A DNA stretch of 64,000 nt from a virus (Duplodnaviria > Caudoviricetes): positions 58,116 through 122,115 of the IMG/VR virus record IMGVR_UViG_3300025934_000014; one strand, written 5' to 3'. The first letter of the stretch is position 1; each line of letters begins with the position of its first letter. Positions 1-9,977 of the stretch are shown piece after piece. The translations under genes were made by a program, and so were the position numbers. The notes below the pieces were generated by a model. The model did no database searches and was not told the origin of the DNA. It saw only the letters and a program-made list of their open reading frames with translations.

Positions 1-53
1 GACTCTCATCGGTCATTCCGGGTGACGCGGCCCCGGATAAAGGAGCCTTCCTC

Positions 54-497
54 GTGGGCATCACCAATAAACAACGCGGCGGTCAACTGCTCCCCGGCCT
101 CGGGCCGTGGGTGGATGTGCCGTTCAACGCGGCGAACTTCTTGGGCGCTGGTGGCATGACGTGGGCAGTCACGGCGGCTCCGTACATCAACCGCTACTGC
201 CGTATCGGGAATCTTGTTGTCTGGAATCTCTGGGTCGCCGCGAATTCGACGCTGGGCGGCACGGCAGGGAATCAGGTGACGTTGCTGGCTCCGACGCCGG
301 GGAAAGTCGCGCGGTATGCGGAAGTTCACGCGCAGCTTGGGGTGCAAGCCCCGGCGGAATTAGGACTCGGCAAACTGGCCCCGTCGAGTGCGGGAGTGGG
401 CGGACAGGTCGGACTGAATCGCGTGCCGCTCGCCAATTTCACGTTGGGATCGCTGCAAGTGCAATTCACGATCATGTACGAGTACGGCGACACGTAG
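54..497 (+). CDS. small virion/tail-associated protein, paralog 1 (MGITNKQRG family)
   Basis: GGAG RBS upstream; N-terminus MGITNKQRGGQLLPGLG and NRYCRIGN motif shared with the next ORF; located in tail module. Confidence 0.6.
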   Translation: MGITNKQRGGQLLPGLGPWVDVPFNAANFLGAGGMTWAVTAAPYINRYCRIGNLVVWNLWVAANSTLGGTAGNQVTLLAPTPGKVARYAEVHAQLGVQAPAELGLGKLAPSSAGVGGQVGLNRVPLANFTLGSLQVQFTIMYEYGDT

Positions 498-503
498 GGC
501 CAC

Positions 504-929
504 ATGGGTATTACCAATAAGCAGCGCGGCGGACAGCTACTGCCCGGACTGGGCCTCTGGACGGATGTGCCGTTCGACCCGGCGAACTTCTACGCCAGCG
601 GCGCAATGACGTGGGCGCTGACGCCGCCGCTGATCACGAACCGGTACTGTCGGATCGGGAACGCCATCATCTGGAACTTCTATGCAGGGACGACCACGAT
701 TGGCGGCACGCCGGGGTTGAACCTGTTCCTGAAGTGCCCGACCGGGATGTCCAAGTACGCGATGGGCACCGGCCTCACGCTCAACGGTGCGCCGGTCGTG
801 CCGTTGATGGTCAAGGGGAACGCGGGGAATCCCGGTGTCATCGGCCTCGGGCTGATCTCGAACGCGGCCTTTGTGGTCGGCGCGGCCCAAGTGCAGTTCA
901 GCATCACGTACGAGTACGGCAACCCGTAG
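504..929 (+). CDS. small virion/tail-associated protein, paralog 2
   Basis: Full-length paralog of 54..497 (identical first 17 aa, NRYCRIGN, C-terminal QF.I.YEYG). Confidence 0.6.
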   Translation: MGITNKQRGGQLLPGLGLWTDVPFDPANFYASGAMTWALTPPLITNRYCRIGNAIIWNFYAGTTTIGGTPGLNLFLKCPTGMSKYAMGTGLTLNGAPVVPLMVKGNAGNPGVIGLGLISNAAFVVGAAQVQFSITYEYGNP

Positions 930-942
930 AGGAGCATCGACA

Positions 943-1302
943 ATGGGCATCACCAGCAAGCAGCGCGGTCGGCACCTGTTCCCCGAGGGGATCTCTGGTG
1001 CGGCGATCCGCTACACGGCCGATGGGCCGTTGCAGCAACTCTCCGGCGTCCACTCGCTCGCGAAGACCAGCGTGGGTGCGTTCACGGTGGCCGCGCCGCA
1101 AGCGGACAACCTGCGCCTCACCGTGGTGAACCGCACCGCGTTCGCGCACGTGTTGACGGCGACGGGCTTGATCGATGACGGCACGGCGGCGGCGTCGAAG
1201 AACACCGCGACGTTCGCGGCCTTCCCCGGTGCGAGCATCGAGCTTGTCTCCGGCGGCGGGAAGTGGAACGCTCTCAGCAAGAACGCGGTCACGGTCGCGT
1301 AG
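943..1302 (+). CDS. small virion protein, paralog 3 (shares only the N-terminal peptide)
   Basis: AGGAG RBS, ATG at 943, starts MGITSKQRGRHLFP. Confidence 0.6.
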   Translation: MGITSKQRGRHLFPEGISGAAIRYTADGPLQQLSGVHSLAKTSVGAFTVAAPQADNLRLTVVNRTAFAHVLTATGLIDDGTAAASKNTATFAAFPGASIELVSGGGKWNALSKNAVTVA

Positions 1303-1304
1303 TC

Positions 1305-1502
1305 ATGTACGTGCCGCGTATCGGAGACTTGGTGACGGTGCGCGGCCCGATCATCGGCGGCACGTACCGAGTGCGTCCGGCAGTGGTCACGGCAGCGGCT
1401 GGCGACATCGTCACGGCGAAGGTGGGGCACGGGTCGGAGGTCTACGTCGGCCTCCCGAAGTGGGTGCGCGGCGTGACGCCAGTCGGCTGGACCCGGTCAT
1501 AA
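1305..1502 (+). CDS. small hypothetical protein
   Basis: ATG 2 nt after previous stop; MYVPRIGDLV...RPAVVT. Confidence 0.5.
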   Translation: MYVPRIGDLVTVRGPIIGGTYRVRPAVVTAAAGDIVTAKVGHGSEVYVGLPKWVRGVTPVGWTRS

Positions 1503-1623
1503 GAGGCAGGGTGCGCTGGCTTCAGCGTGCTGCGCGATGGGCGTGGCGCGTGCTCGCGGCGCTCGTGGGCGGGAACTGAACGACCCGACTGGTATATCCA
1601 GCCGGGTCGTTGTGCGTACGGCG

Positions 1624-2079
1624 CTACTTGGGTTCGGGCGTGGTCCCCGGCAGCGTGCCGCTGGTTGGCGGTGGCGTGGTCGGCAGCGTGTTGTCGGGCA
1701 CGAGGATCAGCCCCTGACACGCGAGCCATTTCACGACGAACTTCATGCCGGGGTGAATCACGCCACCGGGCAGCGTGTTGTCGATCTCGCCGCCGCTACC
1801 GGGCAGCGTGTTGTCCGGCTTCGTCGGGTCGAACGGGAATACCGGCAGTGTGCCGATGGATCCCGGAGGGCCGACCGGCAGACCGTTGTCGGGACGCACC
1901 GGGCGTCCACCGCCGAAGCCCGGATCGACCGGACTCCATCCACCGCCCGGTCGGCCGTAACCGGGGTCTACGGGTCCACCGGGCAGCGCGTTGCCGGGGT
2001 ACACGGGCGCACTGGGCAACCCGTTGTCGATGTCCACACCCTGCGGGGTGATGAACGTGATAATCGCGAGTCGTGACAT
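1624..2079 (-). CDS. Pro/Gly-rich protein with (P/I)DN(T/G)LP repeats
   Basis: AAGGAG RBS on minus strand; repeated PDNTLP/IDNGLP motifs. Confidence 0.65.
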   Translation of the reverse strand: MSRLAIITFITPQGVDIDNGLPSAPVYPGNALPGGPVDPGYGRPGGGWSPVDPGFGGGRPVRPDNGLPVGPPGSIGTLPVFPFDPTKPDNTLPGSGGEIDNTLPGGVIHPGMKFVVKWLACQGLILVPDNTLPTTPPPTSGTLPGTTPEPK

Positions 2080-2128
2080 GGTCTTTGGATCTCCTTAAAA
2101 CAAAAACAGCGAAGGGTTGGTGCGGGGT

Positions 2129-2290
2129 TCAGCGGAGGTGCAGGTTGCCGGTCAGGACCAGAATCAACAGAATCACGATGACCAATCCGAGCAACCCGCC
2201 GTACTGCGGACCACCCCAGTTGGACCGGTACCCGTAGCCGCCGCCGCCGAGCAGAATCAGCACGATCAGGATGATCAACAGCGTGGTCAT
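2129..2290 (-). CDS. small two-helix membrane protein (DUF3309-like), 53 aa, not in ORF track
   Basis: Manual translation MTTLLIILIVLILLGGGGYGYRSNWGGPQYGGLLGLVIVILLILVLTGNLHLR; AAGGA RBS. Confidence 0.7.
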   Translation of the reverse strand: MTTLLIILIVLILLGGGGYGYRSNWGGPQYGGLLGLVIVILLILVLTGNLHLR

Positions 2291-2546
2291 GATGGTGTCC
2301 TTACGTGGGCCACGGAATCATCGAGGCGGTCAGAAACGCCAACCCCGCTGCCACCAGACGCGGATGGTACGGTTGGGTCTGTGGTGAAAGTGGAAACGTG
2401 GCGAGGACGAAACACACCAGCGCGAAGACGAGCAGGATCAGTCGAAGTACTGCCACTGGACCCTCCAACCCTGCACGCTAACACCACGCGGCCGACTTTG
2501 CACGATAACCGCCGCTCGTGACAAGCACAGCTACAATCTCGGCTTC

Positions 2547-3161
2547 GTGGCCTACATCTTTCGCGGGGGTGTCCCGCTCGCGGTGCCGGTCGGGTACGCG
2601 ACCGACCCGGCGCACGTGACCTTAGTGGCGCACCTGACCCGCCTGACGCGCTACGCCGATGCGGTCGCGTTCCTTGAAGCGCATCCCACTGACGGGTACC
2701 TCGCGGCCGACGTGCTGAACGGGGCGCTCTGGGCGAAGCGGTACCTGAACGCGTCGGCCCGGTTCTCGGCCGGACCTCCGAAGGACCGGGCGCTGGCGCT
2801 CCGAGGCTGGCGTGCGCTCATGCACGTGCTGAATGGCACTCGCCCAAAAGTCGGGCGGCACCGGGAGCCGCCGCTGACGGCGGAAGCACTGGGGAGGGCA
2901 GCGGCCTCGGTCGCCCGGTGGCGGTCGGCGGTGGACGCGCTGTGGGGGCAGGAACGGGCCACGCTCGTCGCCCTGCTGCTTCAGAAGGCCGAGGGGCACT
3001 TCCGGGTATCGGTCGGCCATCGACGCGCCCTGAAGGCGCTGGCGCGGCGGAAGGGGCTGCGGAAGCGGGACGTGGTCCTGACGCTGGCCTCGTGGGATAC
3101 CGGGCTGGCGCTCCGCCGGTTGCGGATGGCGACCTCGGTGGCGGACCTCGTCTACGCCTGA
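2547..3161 (+). CDS. hypothetical basic protein
   Basis: 204-aa ORF; TACAAT about 10 nt upstream; followed by hairpin ACCGGAAA..TTTCCGGT. Confidence 0.5.
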   Translation: MAYIFRGGVPLAVPVGYATDPAHVTLVAHLTRLTRYADAVAFLEAHPTDGYLAADVLNGALWAKRYLNASARFSAGPPKDRALALRGWRALMHVLNGTRPKVGRHREPPLTAEALGRAAASVARWRSAVDALWGQERATLVALLLQKAEGHFRVSVGHRRALKALARRKGLRKRDVVLTLASWDTGLALRRLRMATSVADLVYA

Positions 3162-3218
3162 CACCGGAAAGCCCGAGGCGCGTTTCCGGTTGCACCCGCC
3201 CGGCTGAGAATCCCCGCC

Positions 3219-3743
3219 ATGTCTACACTCATGAATCCTCGCGCGATGCGCGAACGTCACGTTGTCGAAATCGACATGGGTCAGGGCCAGCACGTGCTCG
3301 CGCGGCGCGAGGACATGACGGTCATGGTCTTTGAAGGCCGCATCCCGATGCCGCTGCTGGTCGCGGTCCAGAAGATGATCGAGATGCCGGGCGCGTCCCC
3401 CACCGAACGCCTCGCCGCGCTGGGCGAAGCGCACTCCCGTGAACTGGTCGATGTCGTGCGCGAGCATGCGATCAAGGTCGTCCTCCAGCCGGTGCTCGTG
3501 GCCGAAGACGACGGCAATCCCGATCACCTTCCGGTCGGTTTACTCACGCTCCCCCAACTCATTCAAATCTGGAGCGAGACTGCCGTTGTGCCGTTGATGA
3601 CGGCGCAGACGGCGGCGGACTTTCGTGCAGGCGCACGCACCCCTGATGCTCCTGTGCTTCCAGATGGGGAAGCAGTACAACCAGCCGCCAAGCCGGTGGT
3701 GGTTCCAATCCGACCCGACATCGACGAATTCGTCCGCCTCTGA
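3219..3743 (+). CDS. tail assembly chaperone (gpG-like)
   Basis: Acidic ~170-aa ORF directly upstream of the tape measure gene, with an overlapping +1-frame ORF. Confidence 0.7.
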   Translation: MSTLMNPRAMRERHVVEIDMGQGQHVLARREDMTVMVFEGRIPMPLLVAVQKMIEMPGASPTERLAALGEAHSRELVDVVREHAIKVVLQPVLVAEDDGNPDHLPVGLLTLPQLIQIWSETAVVPLMTAQTAADFRAGARTPDAPVLPDGEAVQPAAKPVVVPIRPDIDEFVRL

Positions 3744-3876
3744 ACGGGCGATGGCGTTCGACTTCGACGCCGCGTGCATGTCACTGGGACTCGACGCGGA
3801 GTTGAAGGCGCGTGAAGCCTACGACGAACAACATACCGGGACGAAGGTGACTCGACGCCGCTTCGGCGTGGGGTAA
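3621..3876 (+). CDS. frameshifted extension of tail assembly chaperone (gpGT-like)
   Basis: +1 frame continues from TTT CGT at 3621-3626 to a stop at 3876, just before the TMP start; no RBS of its own. Confidence 0.65.
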
Positions 3877-3888
3877 GGGTGTGCGCTG

Positions 3889-6800
3889 ATGGCCGACAAC
3901 GACGTACTCATCAAAATCGCAGCGGATGTCGCCAGTGCCGTCAAGGCACTGGAGGGCATGGTCGAGAAACTCGACGCGACCAACAAAGCGATTGCGGCGA
4001 TTGGTGATACGTCCAGCAAGGCGAAGAAGGACTCCGAGTCGCTGAGCACGTTCTTCGGCGTGCAGATGGCGAAGTCGTTCGACGCGGCGAAGGAAGCGGC
4101 GCTGGGGTTGGTCGAGAAGATTCCCGACATGGTGGGCCACGTCGCGGAACTGGGCGACTCACTCCTCGCCATGAGCCAGCGCACCGGCGTCTCCGTCGAA
4201 GGGCTGTCCGGGTTGCGGTTCGTCGCGTCACAGGCTGGCGTGTCGTTTGAGTTGCTGGGCCGCACGGTTCAGCAGATGGGGAAGGAGATCGGAGAAGGCG
4301 GGACCAACACCGTCAACGCGATTGAAGGACTGGGCCTCTCGTTCGAGGCGTTGAAGGCGCAGTCCCCCGAGCAGCAGTTCCTCGCCATCATGGACAAGCT
4401 GCACGGCATCACCGACGCGTCCGAGCGCACGCGCAAGGGCGTCGAGTTGCTGGGGCCGAAGTTCAAGATGATGTCGAACCTCGCGACGGAGGACATCGGC
4501 AAGTTGATGGAGGAGGCCAAGAAACTCGGCCTCGTCATGTCGGAGGATACGGCACGCGCCGCCGACCGGTACGGCGACTCCCTCGACCGCATCAACAAGA
4601 TGATGGAGGCGACCCGAAACGAGATCGGGGCGTCCCTTCTCGGCCCCCTGTCAGACTTCCTCGACCTCGCGCCACAAGTCAGCGGCGCATTGCTGGTAAT
4701 CGGAGACGCTGTCCTCGATGTTGGGAAGGCCGCAGGCAAGGTCTTCATCAATATGCTCCCGCAAATTGTGGACAAGCTGGGAGGCTGGAAGAAGGCGTCC
4801 GAACTCGTCAAGACGGAAACCATCGCGCTCGTCACCAAACTCTGGACACAGGTCGCGGCCACGACGGCCTTGAGCGCGGTGCAGACCGAAGCGACGGTCG
4901 CCACGAAAGCGTGGGCGGTCATACAAGGGATCGCGGCGGTCGCGACGGCAGGCGTGACGGCGGCGGTCAGGGCACTGACGGCTGCGATGCTGGCGAACCC
5001 GGTCCTCGCCATCATCGCCGGGCTGATTGCGCTGGGTGCTGCGCTCTGGGCGTTGAAGTCGCACTACAAGGGCGTCGAGGAGGAGGCTGCGAAATCTGCC
5101 AAGACCCAGATGGACGCGGGAAAGAGCGTCGTCCAGATCGAGGCCGAACTGATCCAGAAGGAGAAGGAGTATCAGGCGGCGCTGACCAGAGGCGAGGTAG
5201 TACTCGCGGCGCGGCTCGACTCGGAGATCAAGGGCGTCAAGAGCAGCGAGGACTACAAGAAGGCCATCGAGGACTACAACACCGCCATCGAGGCTGGTTT
5301 AGCGCCGGGGGCCAATCAGGCGCAGGTCACGGCGTTCCTCGCGGAGAAGCAGGCGGAAGCCACACTCGAACTCCACAAGGGCGCGGATGCTCAGGCCGAG
5401 ATTATCAAGCAGTCCGAGCACTTCAGGGACGCGCAGGACGAAGGCGCGAAAGCGTTAGAAGGCTTCTCGTACGAAACGCAGGAGCAAATCAAGTGGTTGC
5501 TCCTCGACGCCGATGCCACCAATGCCGTGGTCGCTGGCATCACCGGCATGACGGAAGCGCAAGTCCAGTCCGTCCGCACGCTCATGGCTGCGCGTGCCGA
5601 GGCTGCGGCCTTCGACGCGAAGATCGCCGCACAGCGCGAGTCGATGGGGTTGACGGGCACGAGCGCCGCGCTGGCGAATGCCAAGGCCGAGCACGATGCG
5701 GCCATCCAAGCGATCAATGACAACAAGGCGTGGAAAGATGACGCCGCCAGAAACGAAGCCATTCGGCAAGCGGATGTCACGGCCCAAGTCAAACGCGCCG
5801 AGATCCTGACGAACTCTGCGCGTACCGCCGCGCAGTCGCGCATTCAACTCGCCGCCGATGCAGAGATCGCCGCCGTCAATGCGTCCAAGAAGGGACTCGA
5901 CGCGCAACTGGCGATCATCGAGATCCGCAGGAATGCCGAGATCGCTGCTGCCAATGCCTCGGGCGATGCGGTCGGGGCCGCGATCAAGAAGCAGGAGGCC
6001 AACGCCAAGGCGCAACAGCAATCGGAGGCGGCGATCCGCGAGGAGCGGAAGAAGTCCGCCGAGGACGATCTGCGGCAACAGGCCGCGCAGCAGCAGGCGC
6101 TGATTGCCATTCGGTTAGAGGGCAACGAGAAAGAGATGGCCTTGATCAAGGCCAAGGAGGACGAGGACGAGCGCATCGCACGCGACACCATCACCGATGC
6201 CACGTCGCTGGCCGACAAGCTGACGCTAATTCACACGGACGCCGCGAACCAGCGCGTCCTCGTGACCGAGAAGGCCGCGAAGCAGGAGCGAGAGGCGGCA
6301 GCGGAAGCCGTTCGCCAGCAGAACGAGTACGAAATCAAAACGACGAAGGTCGGCATCGATCAGATCGCCGCGCTCCGGGAAATCGAGTTAGAGCGCCGAC
6401 TTGAACAGGCGCGGAAAAGCGGCGAAGACGAACAGCAGGTACGGCTGCGGTTTGAAGCGGAAACTGCCCGACTGATTGCCGAAGGCGACGACGTTACCTA
6501 CACGGGTCGGCAGAAGAAGGCCACGGCGGCGCGAAACGCCTACATCAAGGCCAACAACGATCAGAACGTCTCGGACAAAGAACGGCTCCGGTTACTGCTT
6601 GCGGCTCTTGAGGCGGAAGCGCAAGCGAGGGGCGTCGTTGCCAGAAAGACCAGTGAGTACCACGCCGCAGAAATCCTTGCAGCGGCCGTCGCCCTCGACA
6701 ACATCAAGAAGCAAACCGATGCGACCTATGAACAAGTCGAAGCCGCGCAGGATCTCCTCGACCTCAAATTACAGGAGGCGCAAGTAGACGAGGAGGCCCG

Positions 6801-9156
6801 GCGCAAACTCGCCATCGCGCAGTCGCAAGCCAAAGAAGCGCGAATGCGTGCGCACGGCGCGACTCCGAAAGAGATTGCCGACGAGCGCGGCAGGCGCGTC
6901 GGCGTCCGTGGCTACCAGACGAAGGAAGAAGCCACGCAGGCGGTCGCGGACGCCGAGCAAGCCCTCAAGGATCTTGGCAAGGACGCGTCGAAAGCCTCGC
7001 GGGATGCTGCGGAGAAGACTGTCAAGGATGCGAAGGAGGCGGCTGGACAGACCGTTACCACATGGGGCGAGGCCACGTCGTCCATCGCGGCGTCGTTCGA
7101 GCAGATGGCGAACATCGGCGGGAAATCGTTCGGGGGTATTTCCAAGGCGGTGGGCGGTGTCTTCTCCCAGATGGACTTCGCCAGTAAGAACTTGGGTGGC
7201 CTATTCGGCAAAGACGCGGTCACGGGCAAGGACAAGACGCTGTTCGGCTTGCCCGGCATGGACTCCATCGGTGGAGGGAAGCTCGCCAAGGGCATGGGTG
7301 CGGCGGCGCAAGTGGCGGGTGGCGTGCAAGCCTTCATGGCCGGGACCGACAAGCGCGGAGCCGGGCAGCGTGCGCTGGGCGGCGCGATGGCGGGTGCCCA
7401 GATCGGATCGATTGCGGGTCCGTGGGGCACGGCCATCGGTGCAGGAGTGGGCGCGATTGTCGGGGCGCTCCGGAAGCCCGGTTGGGTCAAGGCGGCGAAG
7501 GATGTCGGCCGCGACTTCGGCACCGAGATCACCGACGAACTAGCGAAAGAGGTCGAGAAGTCCGCGAAGGAGAAATTCAAGGGCGACCGGGGCGCAGGCG
7601 CACTGTTCAACCTCGACGCGATCATTGGCGAGGCGGGTGGGCTGAAGTCCGGCAACATCGACAAGTTCACGGGCAAGCTGCGCGACGTGTTCTCGATGGT
7701 GGAGACGGGCAAGTTCTCCGCCGAGCAGGGTCGCGAGACGCTGGAGAAGAACTTCGGCGCGTTCGCGGACTACATCATCAAGAGCAACAAGGTCGCCTCC
7801 AAGAGTTTCCAAGAACTCCTCACGCTGAACGCCAACTCCGCTGCGAAGTCCGAGGAGATCGTCGGGTTCGTCAGCAGCCAGAACCAGCGGCTCGCGGCTG
7901 GCCTCTCCGGATTGTTTGCGCCGCTGTCGAAACAGATTGGCGACATGACGGATGCGCGGAAGGCGCTCTCCGACGCGCAAGCCTCTGGGAAAGAGATCGA
8001 CGCCGACTCGCGGATGGTGCTTCAGCAGATGGCTGGAGACATCAAGGGCGCTGGCGAGCAGATGCAGCGGTTCGAGCGCCTGACGCTCGCCGGGTTCAAC
8101 GCGGCCGTCGCGGCGGGTGTGCCGTACCTCGACGCGCTCGACCAGATGGGTCCGGCGCTCGACCAGTTGAGCGATGCGAACACCAAGCTGGGACGCGAGG
8201 GCGGCGCGGCGATCAACGAACTCCTCGGCATCCGTGAACTCGCGAAGACCTACCCGGAACTGGTCGCCTCGGCGTCGTCGCTGAACGAAGTCACGATGGC
8301 GATGTCGAACATCGGCGCGTTGAACGTCGATACGATGGCCGACCTTCAGGCGCAGGGTGAGGAGACGTTCGGCAAGCTGGTCGAGGCTGGGTTCACCGAG
8401 ACGCAGGCGCTTCAGCAGATGAAGGGCTATCTGGAGAACGTGCGGCAGGCGCACAAAGACCTCGGGTTGCCCATTGACGAGAACACGCAACTCCTGATCA
8501 ATCAGGCCGAGCAGACCGGCGTCCTGAAGAAGGAGTCGATGTCCACCAACGAGGTGATGATGGAGGGCTTCAGCGCCATCATCAAAGCCTTGGGCGGCGA
8601 CATCCCGGCTGCGTTCACGAAGTTCAAAGATGCGGCAGCGGTGGCTGCGCAGGCGACGACGAAGTCCGTCGATCACGTCGAGGCCGCGATCAACGGCGTG
8701 GATTCCGCGCTGTCGGATACCGACTGGAGCGGCTGGTCACAGGAAGCTGTGGACGCGGCGACGGACGCGCAGGCCGCTGTCGATGCGGTGTCATTCGGTA
8801 GCTCGCCCGGTGGTATCAAGGAAATCCCGCTCAAGCTCGCCCAGTCGATGCAGGCGTTCCGCGACTGGCAGAAGGTCAGCGTCGGCGCGGCCGGTGCGGT
8901 GCGCGATGCGATTGACGCGTCCATCGGATCGACCGACGGCATCGCCTACGCCGGACAAATGAGCGGGGACGCGGCGATAGCTGCCGCTGCGGAGGCGAAG
9001 GCGCAGCAGGACATGATCTCCCTGAACGTCGCGATCAGCACCATTGACACGCAGGGGATGGAAGAAGCCGTCGAGAAGAAGATGCTCCCGGCGATCTCGA
9101 AGATTCTCCGCAAGGGCGGACGCAACCTGAGCGACATTCAGGGAGTGCTGCGCTGA
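3889..9156 (+). CDS. tape measure protein
   Basis: 1755 aa, Ala-rich helical/coiled-coil, hydrophobic ANPVLAIIAGLIALGAALW and GAQIGSIAGPWGTAIGA segments; canonical position. Confidence 0.92.
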   Translation: MADNDVLIKIAADVASAVKALEGMVEKLDATNKAIAAIGDTSSKAKKDSESLSTFFGVQMAKSFDAAKEAALGLVEKIPDMVGHVAELGDSLLAMSQRTGVSVEGLSGLRFVASQAGVSFELLGRTVQQMGKEIGEGGTNTVNAIEGLGLSFEALKAQSPEQQFLAIMDKLHGITDASERTRKGVELLGPKFKMMSNLATEDIGKLMEEAKKLGLVMSEDTARAADRYGDSLDRINKMMEATRNEIGASLLGPLSDFLDLAPQVSGALLVIGDAVLDVGKAAGKVFINMLPQIVDKLGGWKKASELVKTETIALVTKLWTQVAATTALSAVQTEATVATKAWAVIQGIAAVATAGVTAAVRALTAAMLANPVLAIIAGLIALGAALWALKSHYKGVEEEAAKSAKTQMDAGKSVVQIEAELIQKEKEYQAALTRGEVVLAARLDSEIKGVKSSEDYKKAIEDYNTAIEAGLAPGANQAQVTAFLAEKQAEATLELHKGADAQAEIIKQSEHFRDAQDEGAKALEGFSYETQEQIKWLLLDADATNAVVAGITGMTEAQVQSVRTLMAARAEAAAFDAKIAAQRESMGLTGTSAALANAKAEHDAAIQAINDNKAWKDDAARNEAIRQADVTAQVKRAEILTNSARTAAQSRIQLAADAEIAAVNASKKGLDAQLAIIEIRRNAEIAAANASGDAVGAAIKKQEANAKAQQQSEAAIREERKKSAEDDLRQQAAQQQALIAIRLEGNEKEMALIKAKEDEDERIARDTITDATSLADKLTLIHTDAANQRVLVTEKAAKQEREAAAEAVRQQNEYEIKTTKVGIDQIAALREIELERRLEQARKSGEDEQQVRLRFEAETARLIAEGDDVTYTGRQKKATAARNAYIKANNDQNVSDKERLRLLLAALEAEAQARGVVARKTSEYHAAEILAAAVALDNIKKQTDATYEQVEAAQDLLDLKLQEAQVDEEARRKLAIAQSQAKEARMRAHGATPKEIADERGRRVGVRGYQTKEEATQAVADAEQALKDLGKDASKASRDAAEKTVKDAKEAAGQTVTTWGEATSSIAASFEQMANIGGKSFGGISKAVGGVFSQMDFASKNLGGLFGKDAVTGKDKTLFGLPGMDSIGGGKLAKGMGAAAQVAGGVQAFMAGTDKRGAGQRALGGAMAGAQIGSIAGPWGTAIGAGVGAIVGALRKPGWVKAAKDVGRDFGTEITDELAKEVEKSAKEKFKGDRGAGALFNLDAIIGEAGGLKSGNIDKFTGKLRDVFSMVETGKFSAEQGRETLEKNFGAFADYIIKSNKVASKSFQELLTLNANSAAKSEEIVGFVSSQNQRLAAGLSGLFAPLSKQIGDMTDARKALSDAQASGKEIDADSRMVLQQMAGDIKGAGEQMQRFERLTLAGFNAAVAAGVPYLDALDQMGPALDQLSDANTKLGREGGAAINELLGIRELAKTYPELVASASSLNEVTMAMSNIGALNVDTMADLQAQGEETFGKLVEAGFTETQALQQMKGYLENVRQAHKDLGLPIDENTQLLINQAEQTGVLKKESMSTNEVMMEGFSAIIKALGGDIPAAFTKFKDAAAVAAQATTKSVDHVEAAINGVDSALSDTDWSGWSQEAVDAATDAQAAVDAVSFGSSPGGIKEIPLKLAQSMQAFRDWQKVSVGAAGAVRDAIDASIGSTDGIAYAGQMSGDAAIAAAAEAKAQQDMISLNVAISTIDTQGMEEAVEKKMLPAISKILRKGGRNLSDIQGVLR

Positions 9157-9968
9157 TGTCTACATTTCTGTATACGAGGCCGACGGATCGGTTCGACGGG
9201 TCCACGACCGCGTTGGGCACGTTCTCCGTCAGTGCAGGCACGGAAGACCCGGCCTACAAGGCCGTGAACCTCGTGAACGGGCGACCCGAGCAACCCGCGA
9301 AGCTGCTGGAGCGCAGTAACTGCGCGTGGCTGTGCGACCTCGCCATCGCCCAGCACATGGGGATCGTCGGCATCATCAACCACAATTTCGACCCCGGCCT
9401 GAAGGTGTATCTCTCCGGCAATGCGACGGACAACTGGACCTCGCCCAGTTACTCGTTCCCCTTCACGGTGCCGGAGCGTCGGCTCGACCGCTTCACGACG
9501 AACCTCTGGATTGTGGTGAACAAGACGTTCCGCTACTGGCGGCTGACGGTGATCGGGCAGGCGAACAGTGCGCCGATCTCGGTTGGGGAGTGGGCGCTCT
9601 ATCACACCGCTCGCGACCTCGGCGTGCGCAACATCAAGTGGGGATCGACTCGCGCGTGGCATAAGCCGTCGATTGTCCACGAGACGGAGATGGGCGTGCG
9701 CCGGGCCTACACCATCGGCACGACGTTTCGCTCGCTCGATGTCGAAGTGCAGCCCACTGACACCGGCGTGCGCGATGTGGACGACTGGTTCCGTGCGGCG
9801 GACGGCAACGTGCGGCCGTTTCTCGTGGTGGCGAACAAGGACGACTTCGATGCCGAAGTCCTGATGGCGACGTTCACCGACGCCGACCAGCCGTACAAGC
9901 GCGAGGTGCGGAACTACAACACCGCGACCATCATGCTGCGCGAACTGTCGCCCGGACTGTATCCCTAA
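9156..9968 (+). CDS. putative distal tail protein
   Basis: 270-aa beta-rich ORF translationally coupled to the TMP stop. Confidence 0.6.
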   Translation: MSTFLYTRPTDRFDGSTTALGTFSVSAGTEDPAYKAVNLVNGRPEQPAKLLERSNCAWLCDLAIAQHMGIVGIINHNFDPGLKVYLSGNATDNWTSPSYSFPFTVPERRLDRFTTNLWIVVNKTFRYWRLTVIGQANSAPISVGEWALYHTARDLGVRNIKWGSTRAWHKPSIVHETEMGVRRAYTIGTTFRSLDVEVQPTDTGVRDVDDWFRAADGNVRPFLVVANKDDFDAEVLMATFTDADQPYKREVRNYNTATIMLRELSPGLYP

Positions 9969-9977
9969 GAGGCCGCG

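Noticed and set aside
54-929. Diversity-generating retroelement TR/VR pair
   Set aside because: Paralog differences are not adenine-specific and no reverse transcriptase is visible.
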